From Octopus sinensis (lineage: Eukaryota): 34,479 nucleotides of DNA. Positions 1 through 9,569 of this stretch are shown here, piece by piece. Position 1 is the first letter of the stretch. Each line of letters begins with the position of its first letter. Where the stretch lies: the NCBI RefSeq assembly GCF_006345805.1, contig NW_021831887.1, positions 1 through 34,479 of the forward strand, read 5' to 3'. Position numbers and translations under genes: made by a program. A model generated the notes under the pieces. The model was not told the origin of the DNA and did not search any database. It saw only the letters and a list, made by a program, of their open reading frames with translations.

Positions 1-621
1 AAAAACGGTCAATCTTCGAGCGATAAACAAAAGTCAAAATATATGTATATATATATAAAAACTTATAAAAATTATAAAATTCGAGGAAAAACCTTACATT
101 GAATAAAATACATATTGACATTAATGAAGAAAGTATAATTAAAGCTTAGAAATTAAACCTATTATAAATATTACACTGCAATACATATTTATGTTAACGT
201 GTACATATATATATCAACATACACAGAAGGATGCGTGCCAACGCCATACATATACAGGCGTATAAATATAAATCTGAAATATACACATAAATGCATGCGT
301 ACATATATTTACGCAATCCGTCTCGCACGCAATTTAAAATCATCTATGTAGCGAATCTCATATACTGAGTAAGGGGGGGGACGAAAGAAAGGAAGAGAGA
401 GAAAAAGGAACGAAGAAGGGGGAAGGAAAAAAGAAAAAAGAAAAAGGAGGGGTGGGGAAAAAAACGAAATAACAAAAATTATGTATACAAGCTATGTAAC
501 GGCATTATTGACATGTATGGAGACATGTATACAAATACACAAGCTCGAATGGATACATACACATACAGTCGTGTATGTGTATGCTTAAGCACAAACATAC
601 GTCCACAGACATGGTGCCGAG

Positions 622-1082
622 CCCATTAAGAAATGCAATTGCAAAAACGAAGCTCCTGTCCGTTAGAAGGGAATGTCTAGTGAAGGAGTAGTTTATAGAG
701 CCAAGGTGCAAGTAGAAGGCTCATCGAATACAAGACATACACAGGGGCTTCAGAAAATTCATTTAAAACAAGATTTTATTCTCATAAAAATTCATTTAAA
801 TACCCAGAGAATAGGAAGAGGACCAGCCTAGCAAAATATTGCTGGGAACTAAAAGAAAGGAAGCCCCACCTTTCAACGTGACATGGAGCATTCTGGACAC
901 AGGGCGGCACCATACAGGCATGGAGCATACAAAAATATTTCAAGTGCAAACTTTGCTTATTAGAAAAAATGTACATTTTATTCAAAGACAATAATTCTTT
1001 GAATCAAAGAAGTGAGCTGATTAACTTATGTAGGCACGCGGCTAAATTTAAAATGTCGAATATAAATATACCATATGGATAG
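622..1082 (+). pseudogene. Penelope-like element GIY-YIG endonuclease C-terminal remnant (frameshifted)
   Basis: Reading across single-base frameshifts gives approximately KCNCKNEA.CPLEG.CLV.GVVYRAKVQ..YKTYTGASENSFKTRFYSHKNSFKYPENRKRTSLAKYCWELKERK..FNVTWSILD..APYRHG..KCKLCLLEKMYILFKDNNSLNQRSELINLCRHAAKFKMSNINIPYG*. This has a Cys-rich linker, the GIY/YIG hairpin (VVY..YTG) and the conserved R, E and N. Confidence 0.85.
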
Positions 1083-2161
1083 AGTATATATTTTGTATTT
1101 TTGATTTTTGAAATTTTGATTTTGACTCTTGAGCTGTGAACGCTACGATGGATTTTGTTCCGCGTTATACAGATTTTAATCCGTATAGCAAAGTCTTATG
1201 TTTCGACATATACATTAGGAAAAACCTTCGAATTTGTTCATTTCAAATTATTGTATTGTATAGGATTACCTTGATTTTTTATAGATGATCCAAAATAGGG
1301 TGTTATATTTTATTTTTATATGTCTTTCGTATATATATATATATATATTTTTATTATTGCACCCATTTCTTTAAAAAAAAGCAATGTTGTCAAAAATTAG
1401 AATTTTTATATATGTGTATAGCCATGGTATGTATTTGTAACCATGCGTATCTGTGTATGTGTAAGTGGACGTATGTTTGTGCTTAAGCACACATATACAC
1501 GACTGTATGTGTATGTATCCATTCGAGCTTGTGTATTTGTATACATGTCTCCATACATGTCAATAATGCCGTTACATAGCTTGTATACATAATTTTTGTT
1601 ATTTCGTTTTTTTCCCCACCCCTCCTTTTTCTTTTTTCTTTTTTCCTTCCCCCTTCTTCGTTCCTTTTTCTCTCTCTTCCTTTCTTTCGTCCCCCCCCCT
1701 TACTCAGTATATGAGAATCGCTACATAGATGATTTTAAATTGCGTGCGAGACGGATTGCGTAAATATATGTACGCATGCATTTATGTGTATATTTCAGAT
1801 TTATATTTATACGCCTGTATATGTATGGCGTTGGCACGCATCCTTCTGTGTATGTTGATATATATATGTACACGTTAACATAAATATGTATTGCAGTGTA
1901 ATATTTATAATAGGTTTAATTTCTAAGCTTTAATTATACTTTCTTCATAATGTCAATATGTATTTTATTCAATTAAGGTTTTTTCCTCGAATTTTAATTT
2001 TATAAGTTTTTATATATATATATACATATATTTTAGACCTTTTTGTTTATCGCTCGAAGATTGACCGTTTTTTTTAAAGGGCCAATCAAACAAGTCCATT
2101 TCTTTTTAAAGGTGTAGCGTTTGTAAGAGTATAGATTGAATTGATATATCGGTTCCATTCT

Positions 2162-2215
2162 AGCAAAAACTGTCTGATGAACGGCAACGAGAAACTCAGA
2201 GTAACAGATTTTGTT
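2162..2215 (+). ncRNA. Minimal type I hammerhead ribozyme (PLE-associated), slightly degenerate
   Basis: Stem I is AGCAAAAACTGT/ACAGATTTTGTT, core CTGATGA at 2174-2180, stem II CG-GCAA-CG with an A.A mismatch at 10.1/11.1, GAAA at 2191-2194, near-palindromic stem III ACT-CAG-AGT, and cleavage triplet GTA at 2201-2203. Confidence 0.8.
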
Positions 2216-2239
2216 GAATTTTCTGCTGCTTTAAATAAA

Positions 2240-2291
<52 letters not shown>

Positions 2292-2497
2292 TTACATATA
2301 TGTATATACATATGTATATATATTTATACATATATAATATATATACATACACACACACCCACACACACACATGGTGCGGTGAATAAACGAATAAACTAAA
2401 TTACGCAAAAATGAAAATAACACTGTCATTTTATTTTAACAGAAGTATTTACCAAAATTACATAAAAAATATCTTGAAATACTAAAGAGTAAATTTA

Positions 2498-2660
2498 TTG
2501 ACAAGTAATATTCGTAGCCATTTTAACATGGCTGTCTGTTCGATCTGATTCTACTGCAATTTTTTAACTTCAAGAGGATATCTCCTCTGGTTGGTTAACG
2601 ATGCACAGCTACATCCGAACGGGTAGCCATGTTAATGTGGCTACGAATATTATTTGTCTA
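2498..2660. repeat. Small hairpin/MITE-like inverted repeat (36-bp arms)
   Basis: TTGACAAGTAATATTCGTAGCCATTTTAACATGGCT (2498-2533) versus AGCCATGTTAATGTGGCTACGAATATTATTTGTCTA (2625-2660). Confidence 0.7.
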
Positions 2661-2719
2661 TGCAAATACTGCGTTGATCTCTTAGAGAGATTTTAGAACC
2701 AGCATTTTTGCTTGTAAGT

Positions 2720-3210
2720 TTATTTAATAAAATCCTCATTGCCTTCAACCACGGCCTCCAGATGACTTCGGAATCGCCTGCAACTCTTCTGGACGGTCTC
2801 CTAGTTTAAGTTGGTGAATGCTGCCATAATCCTTACCTTCAGTTTATCGTTGGTGTTATAAGGAGTTTTGTTGGTCTTCCGCTCAACTGCGCTCCGCACA
2901 TAATAATCGAGAGAGTTGCAGTCTAGGGAATTATTTGGTCAGATCAGATATTAGAAGTGATGTGGTCGCAGAAATTATCTAACAGCCATGAAAGGGTTCT
3001 CCTGCTTGTGTGGCATGGTGCAGAGTCCTGTTGCCAGACATAGGGTCTTCCAGTAGCCACCCCGTTGACCCAGAGCAGTACTACCCTCTTTAGGCACTTG
3101 ATGTAGGCCTTCGTGTTGAGTGTGAGGCCGTGTGGGAAGATTAATGGATGCATAACGCCGCCATCACTAGTGATCACTCCAAATGCCATGATGTTGACTG
3201 GACGTTTGAC
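2720..3210 (-). mobile_element. Tc1/mariner maT (DD37D) transposase C-terminal remnant
   Basis: Reads IMAFGVITSDG..PLIFPHGLTLNTKAY..YVWQQDSAPCHTSRRTLSWLLDNF..I*PNNSLDCNSLDYYV..LKVRIMAAF..FIK*. There are 37 residues between the second and third catalytic D once a 5-nt duplication (ATCTG) is removed. Confidence 0.85.
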
Positions 3211-3385
3211 TCCTCAGAGTGTACTGTCCTCAGATTGATACCCAAATACTCTGAAATGTTCTCGTTAAAGGTGTGAAACTGAATAATACCAATTGGTCAA
3301 TAACAGATGAAGAATTGCGAACCTTCTTTTTTGTCTTCCGTTCGTTTTTACATTCAGTATACGTTACGTCGTTTGTTTATGCCTT

Positions 3386-3431
<46 letters not shown>

Positions 3432-3484
3432 CGTTTATATATTTGTTGTGCAATATTTTTTTGTGAAGTCGTGTGTTGAAACAG

Positions 3485-4188
3485 ATATTGTTATATTTCG
3501 AATGGTCATTTTGCCAGTTTAGCCAATAAAAATACACGCACTATATATTTGGTGTTATTTAGCACACACCACGGTAGAGGATCCCAATAAACTAGTTACA
3601 ATATAAACAAAACTGAAAACATAATAAATAAAATACACAGATAAATAAACAAATAGAAATAAATAACTATATAAGTTTTTTTTAAATTTAATTTAAAAGA
3701 TTTTTTTTATTTATTATTATTATTATTATTACTTGTATTGTTGTTATACATACATACATACAAGCATACGTAATGATAATAATAATAAGTGGACATAAAC
3801 ACATGAACAAAATAAGAATAAACAAAAACAACAACAAAAACAAATTACATAAACGTATATAAACAGAAGATACAAATATTACAGGCATCCCCCCACACAC
3901 ACACTAAATAAACATAGACGCACATAGAGATATAAGCATGCGCAAATGAAGACATACAATAGAAATACAAAATGGCTGACGGTTAGTAAGGAGAGACACA
4001 AATAAGAAAGAAGAAAACAAAGGACCACTGATGCGGGCACAGGAGTGTGACGAAAGAACTCTGGCCGAAATAAGATTAAGATTAATGTAAAAAATAAATA
4101 ACACTAAAGCAAAATAACACCAGATATATAGTGCGTGTGTTTTTATTGGCTAAACTGGCAAAATGACCATTCCGAAATATAACAATAT
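3485..4188. repeat. Inverted repeat pair (~79 bp) at 3485-3563 and 4109-4188
   Basis: GAATGGTCATTTTGCCAGTTTAGCCAATAAAAATACACGCACTATATATTTGGTGTTATTT is the reverse complement of the 4111-4172 segment, with few mismatches. Confidence 0.85.
4022..4066 (+). ncRNA. Degenerate minimal hammerhead-like motif
   Basis: GACCA-CTGATGC-GGG-CACA-GGAG-TGTG-AC-GAAA-GAACTC-TGGCC. Stem I CCA/TGG, stem II CACA/TGTG, intact GAAA, 2-bp stem III and a UC site. Core A9 is replaced by C. Confidence 0.4.
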
Positions 4189-4261
4189 ATATATAACATT
4201 TTTCAGCTGTTCTCTCACCCGTTCATATCATGTTTCATTTTTTTTTGTTCCCAGCAATACC

Positions 4262-4439
4262 ATGCAAAACTTCGGAAGTTTCTCGCTTGCACAACCGGGC
4301 GCCGGACTATTATCTGTACCAGGAAACCAGATGGCAGTACCTGTATCACAAGCCGGGTACGTGAATGGACCACCGCAGGCTTTCGCCTCCAATTTTCCTC
4401 CTTCTGTCCATGCTTTAACAATCGCAGAGCGACTGGCAG
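4262..4439 (+). CDS. Dmbx1: N-terminal coding exon of a Dmbx1-like (diencephalon/mesencephalon homeobox) PRD-class transcription factor
   Basis: Translates MQNFGSFSLAQPGAGLLSVPGNQMAVPVSQAGYVNGPPQAFASNFPPSVHALTIAERLA. The end matches the DMBX1 signature PSVHALTLAERLA that precedes DIILEARYG and the homeodomain in vertebrates (recalled, not aligned). Strong phase-1 donor GCAG|GTGAGT at 4439/4440. Polypyrimidine tract plus CAG acceptor at 4252-4254, with 7 nt (4255-4261) between acceptor and ATG. Confidence 0.88.
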
Positions 4440-4573
4440 GTGAGTCTGGCTTCTGGGTATTATTATAGAAATATTATATATTCACCATGGTTATGATCAT
4501 CATCATCATTTTTGTGGCCTCCGTTGTCGGCTTCCTCCCCTCCTCCTATTCCTCTTTCTCATCATGACCATTT

Positions 4574-4630
<57 letters not shown>

Positions 4631-4770
4631 CAGTACGGCTGCTGCTGCTGTTATTGAGAGCGGAGCAAGCAGAATCGTCTGAGCGTCGGACAAAATGCCA
4701 TGCGGTATTTCTTTCAGCTCTTTACGTTCTGAGTTGTTGTTATTGTTGCTGTTGTAAGTCAAAGGTCATA

Positions 4771-4956
4771 GGCGTAGAAGCGGCTGTGTGGTAAGTAGCT
4801 TGCGTACGAACCACATGGTTCCGGGTTCAGTCCCACTGCATAGCATCTTTGGCAATGTCTTCAACTATAGCGTCGGGCCGACCAAAGCCTTGTGAGTGGA
4901 TTTGGTAGACGGAAACTGAAAGAAGCCCGTCGTATATATGTATGTATATATATATC

Positions 4957-5035
<79 letters not shown>

Positions 5036-5280
5036 GTGTCTGTGTGTGTGTGTGTGTGTGTTTGTATGTGTATGTATATATGTTTGTGTGTCTTTTGTTA
5101 GTCCTCCCAACATCACTTGACAACCGATGCTGGTGTGTTTATGTCCCTGCAACTTAGCAGTTCGGCAAAAGTGACGATAGAATAAGTCCTGGGGTCGATT
5201 TGTTCGACTACAAGGGGATGCTCCAGTATGGCCTCTGTCAAATGACTGAAACAAGTAAAAGAGTAAAAGAGTAAAAGAGA
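4771..5280 (+). mobile_element. tRNA-derived SINE (family A, cephalopod OK-like) with internal (TA)/(TG) microsatellite
   Basis: Head GGCTGTGTGGTAAG...GGTTCAGTCCC (A/B box-like), body shared with six other copies in the window, GAGTAAAA tail. Confidence 0.85.
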
Positions 5281-6071
5281 GAGCGAGAGAGAGAGAGAGA
5301 GAGAAAATCGATTGTCCATCGGACATAATGTTTTGCAGTATTTTGTGACATTATTTTAGAATCTGCGTTCAAATTCTGCCGATGTCGAGCTTACTTTTAT
5401 CCCTCTGGGGCCAATAATGCAAAGTAGCAGCCAGCTACTGAACCCATGTAGTCGACTATTCCCTTCTCGCCATATTACTGTTATATAAGGCGATATATTG
5501 GTAAAATTGATACAACATCGGACAAAATGTTCTGCATAATTTTTTCCGGATTTTTACGTTCTGAGTTCAAATCCCACTGAGACCAACTTTATCTTTTATC
5601 CTTTTCGTCAATAAAATAAAATACCAATTAATTCCGAAGGTCGATTTAATTGCTGGCCTTGTGCCAGAATTTGAAGGAAACTACGGACAATTGCTTCAAA
5701 ACCTTCGGCTTCTATACTCAGATTGTAAATTCATACTTATACAATAATAATTGCGCAAATCTCCATGCACCTTATGAATAATAGACAAAATGACACTAAG
5801 AACATATGCATATATCTTATAAGTTATATCTCACAATTCAATTCGACTTACATCTAATGCTAATTTGTTCTCTACTCATTGTTTTAATAGCTTACATCAT
5901 CTAGACCTAAGCCCCAATAATCTTGTGACCCTCATCTACCACTGCACACAATATCAACTCATCGCCACATAAACCATACTCTCACTTTTTACAATTCAGA
6001 ATTGCTACACAAATATAATCTTCAAAGAAGAATATATCTGTATATTTGCTAAAATTTCTCATAGTCTACAG

Positions 6072-6734
6072 CAGTACTACTCAAAGTGGTCGTCCGCGGG
6101 CCAGTACCGGTCCGCGAGCCATCAACAGCCGGTACGTGGCGAATTTACAGAAAAGAAAGAAACAATAACATAATTTCAGTAATTCGCTTAATTCTTCTCA
6201 ACAGTTGTCTTCCACTTTTTGCGGTCATTGGCGTGTTTCTTGGCTGCTCCCCATGTCAGGCCGGTGGTCCTGAGCTCGTTCAAAATGCTCCGCTTCCATG
6301 TCTGATTCGGGCGTCCTCGCTTCCTTTTCCCCTGCGGGTTCCAGTCAAGTGTTTGTCGTGTCACATTTGAGGGTTATTTCCGCAGTGTGTGTCCGATCCA
6401 TCTCTATTTCTTTCGTTTAATCTGAACATGTATGGGCTCCTGGTTGTCCCTTTCCCACAGGTCGGTGTTTGGCAAGTGCCAAACACCGACCTGTGGGAAT
6501 TCGCTTATTGCACAGCAGTAAACAACTTATCAGCTTATGCAATATTGTATTATTTGTTTTCAAAATAAATAGAAATTTTAAAAAGTTGTCAACTTTTATT
6601 ACATTCATTATATATATTGTTTCTGGTATAAATTCATACTACTTAGAAATATTGCCGGTCCCCGGCACATTGGCAAAAAAAAAAAAAAAAAAGAAACTGC
6701 TGGTGCGCTACATCAGATAGTTAGAAAAGCATTG
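6072..6734. mobile_element. hAT (Charlie-like) non-autonomous DNA transposon
   Basis: Termini CAGTACTACTCAAA / TTAGAAAAGCATTG, degenerate relative to CAGTGCTTCTCAAA. 8-bp TSD GTCTACAG (6064-6071) / GTCTAAAG (6735-6742). Confidence 0.8.
6191..6497 (-). mobile_element. RTE-clade LINE 3' fragment nested in the hAT element
   Basis: Minus strand reads [78 protein letters not shown], typical of the RTE RT C-terminus. 10-bp TSD AATTCGCTTA at 6181-6190 and 6498-6507. Confidence 0.88.
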
Positions 6735-6894
6735 GTCTAAAGTATTCCATAGTCTGAGGAACTGAGAGAGAAAACTGATCGCAATTGGGATTTTAGGATT
6801 CTTGAAATAAAGCTTAATCTATAGTTAGTATCGGGCTCCCCAATTCTTCACGTGAGACGTACACTCTAGTAAAACCACAGACACATACACACAA

Positions 6895-7055
6895 CTTTGC
6901 AACCAAGTGGGTTTTGCCACTGCGCGGCACCTGGGGGTAAAAGTCTTCTACTATAACCTCAGACCGACAAAACGCCTGTGAATGAATTTAGTAAGTGGCA
7001 TCTGTGGAAATCCTTCGTACGTACATAGATACATACACACACGCACACACACACA

Positions 7056-7107
<52 letters not shown>

Positions 7108-7270
7108 CACATACACAGATAAATAAATAGATAGATAGACAGAGATTTAGATATTGATATATGTGGGTGTGTTGGTAGGTTGGTATGTGTGTACATATCT
7201 TTGTCACCCATCACCGCTCGATAACTGTGGTCAATTTGTGCGATTAAACGATTGGTTTTCAACAATTTTT
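6895..7270 (+). mobile_element. Degenerate family A SINE
   Basis: CCACTGCGCGGCACCTGGGG..AGTCTTCTACTATAACCTC.. is a diverged match to the adjacent copy. Confidence 0.6.
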
Positions 7271-7279
7271 CACCTATAT

Positions 7280-7680
7280 GCGCAGGAATGGCTGTGTGGT
7301 AAGTAGCTTGCTTACCAACCACATGGCTCCGGATTCAGTCCCACTGCGTGGCACCTTGGGCAAGTGTCTTCTACTATAGCCACGGGCCGACCAAAGCCTT
7401 GTGAGTGGATTTGGTAGACGGAAACTGAAAGAAGCCCGTCGTATATATGTATATATGTGTGTATGTGTGTGTATATGTTTGTGTGTCTGTGTTTCCCCTC
7501 CCCACCATAGCTTGACAACCGATGCTGGTGTGTTTACGTCCCTGTAACTTAGCAGTTCGGCAAAAAGAGACCGATAGAATAAGTACTAGGCTTACAAAGA
7601 ATAACTCCTGGGGTCGATTTGCTCGACTAAAGGCGGTGCTCCAGCATGGCCGTAGTCAAATGACTGAAACAAGTAAACAA
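7280..7680 (+). mobile_element. Family A tRNA-derived SINE, near full length
   Basis: GCGCAGGAATGGCTGTGTGGTAAG head through CAAATGACTGAAACAAGTAAA tail. Confidence 0.88.
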
Positions 7681-7873
7681 GTATGGACCCCTTTTACTTC
7701 TATTTTACTCAGGTTCACCCCACCCTTTAGCCATTCGATATTTTAAAAATCCCTTTATATATTTCGTAATTATATATTAGGAATTATATTTAAAACTTGT
7801 TAAAATGATTTTTGCATTGTAGAAGTATAACCGATTTATTGCAGATGATTTTTAACAGTAAAATCTAATATAT

Positions 7874-8105
7874 GTTTCTTTATTACCCACAAGGGGCTAA
7901 ACATAGAAGGGTCAAACAAGGACAGACAAACGGATTAAACCGATTACATCGACCCCAGTGCTTAACTGGTACTTAATTTATCGACCCCGAAAGGATGAAA
8001 GGCAAAGTCGACCTCGGCGTGATTTGAACTCTGAACGTAACGGCAGACGAAATACGGCTACGCATTTCGCCCGGCGTGCTAACGGTTCTGCCAGCTCGCC
8101 GCCTT
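7874..8105 (-). mobile_element. tRNA-derived SINE (family B)
   Basis: Reverse complement of the 8427-8660 copy (AGGCGGCGAGCTGGCAGAA..GAGTTCAAAT..). Confidence 0.88.
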
Positions 8106-8119
8106 GTAAAATCTAATAT

Positions 8120-8198
8120 AGGACTCCCAATGGCCATATGGACCTCAAGCACTCTATGGACACCTTAGGGCCATATGGACGCCGGTTGAGAACCACTG
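8120..8198. mobile_element. hAT/Charlie-like MITE terminus (single TIR)
   Basis: GGTTGAGAACCACTG at 8184-8198 is the reverse complement of CAGTGGTTCTCAACC. No partner TIR was found. Confidence 0.45.
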
Positions 8199-8426
8199 GA
8201 ACCAACCCTTCCAGTCGGTGATCCTGCATGGCCGCCGTCAGATGATTGAAACTTGTCAATGATAAAATGTGAATGATGTATAATGCCTTGTGACTGGTGC
8301 CTAGACTACATTGCTGGACCGGCTGTCGTCCTTGGGTAAAGCATCTCATTTCACGTTGCTCCAGTCTGATCAGTACTCATCAGAAATGTGCATCAGAAGT
8401 GTGCTCTCATCAGAAATGTGCACCAG

Positions 8427-8850
8427 TAAGGCGGCGAGCTGGCAGAAGCGTTAGCACGCCGGGCGAAATGCTTAGCGGTATTTCGTCTGCCGCTGCGTTC
8501 TGAGTTCAAATTCCGCCGAGGTCGACTTTGCCTTTCATCCTTACGGGGTCGATTAAATAAGTACCAGTTACGCACTGGGGTCGATATAATCGACTTAATC
8601 CGTTTGTCTGTCCTTGTTTGTCCTCTCTGTGTTTAGCCCCTTGTGGGTAGTAAAGAAATAGAAATAGGTATTTCGTGTGCCGTTACGTTCTGAGTTCAAG
8701 TTCCGCCGAAGTCGACTTTACCTCTTATGCTTTCAGGGTCGATGAATTAAGTACCAGTTACGCACTGGGGTCGATATATTCGACTTAATCCCTTTGTCTG
8801 TTCTTGTTTGTCCCCTCTATGCTTAGCCCCTTGTGGGCTATAAAGAAATA
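8427..8850 (+). mobile_element. Family B SINE dimer (full monomer plus 5'-truncated monomer) within one TSD
   Basis: Two head-to-tail monomers, with a 15-bp direct repeat AGAAATGTGCACCAG at 8412-8426 and 8851-8865. Confidence 0.85.
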
Positions 8851-9242
8851 AGAAATGTGCACCAGCAGAATGCTGGTGCACCCCTCTTTCTACCTCTGTC
8901 TGTCTGTCTATTTCTCTCTTCCCCCCTCTCTCTCTTTCTCTCTCTTTCTGTTTCCAGCTGTTATTCTGGATGTTTCGCTGAGTCATGTGTAGGAAGGTCA
9001 AGGCATGTACACACACAAACCAACACACACCTCTCTCTCTCTCTCTCTCTACCTCCCGCCCTTCCTCCTTCCCTCCTGTCGACGACGACTTATAAATGTT
9101 CAGCTTTTGCTGAACGACGTGCACAAATGATTTGTGCTTAGTAATCTAATGTATATGACGTACATATTACCTCACTCCCTCCTACTAATCGACGTAGGTG
9201 AACAAGTATACGGTGTACCACGCGTCAGACGTCGAAATGATC

Positions 9243-9355
9243 GTAGAGCAACGTGGAATGAAGTGTTTCTGCTCATGAATACAATGCGCTAGCCAGTCTA
9301 GGAATTGAAACTACGATCTCGCGATCGTGAATGCAACACCCTAACCACTAAGCCA
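9243..9355 (-). mobile_element. tRNA-derived SINE head fragment (family C)
   Basis: GAGCAACGTGGAATGAAGTG..GGAATTGAAAC..CTAACCACTAAGCCAC, similar to 25405-25542. Confidence 0.65.
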
Positions 9356-9569
9356 CAGATATTCGTATATATCTACTTATATAGATACGTAGTGCAGACA
9401 TATAGTTTCCGTTTTCTTTATTATTATTTAATTTATGTACTAAACCTGGCGCTTTCTTACGTTGATATTCGCTGATATAAACATACGCAGAAACAAACAC
9501 ACACACACACACACACACACACGCACGTAACGTAATGTGTGTGCAGGTGTCTATGTACATGTATGCATA

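Larger units (their letters stand above)
1..2240 (+). mobile_element. 5'-truncated Penelope-like retroelement with an inverted copy of its 3' region at the 5' end
   Basis: 1-606 is a near-perfect reverse complement of 1465-2072. The GIY-YIG remnant lies between the arms. The 3' end carries a hammerhead (2162-2215) and AATAAAG before (TA)n. Inverted pseudo-LTRs and 3' hammerheads are established PLE traits. Confidence 0.7.

Noticed and set aside
1196-1300. Additional hammerheads in the PLE 3'UTR (GTTTCGAC.., GATGATCC..GG)
   Set aside because: The cores are too degenerate to support.
4163-4468. Full 101-aa ORF as a single-exon gene
   Set aside because: The first 33 codons start inside an inverted repeat arm and run through a polypyrimidine tract and acceptor. 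The last 9 codons read through the GT donor.
5347-5420. Reading DIILESAFK, resembling the expected next Dmbx1 exon (DIILEARYG)
   Set aside because: There is no AG acceptor at the required position (GTG|AC), similarity stops after five residues, and the sequence is a decayed family B SINE.
8345-8390. Minus-strand CTGATGAGTAC..GTGAAA as a hammerhead
   Set aside because: There is no credible stem II, and the GAAA derives from an adjacent SINE fragment.
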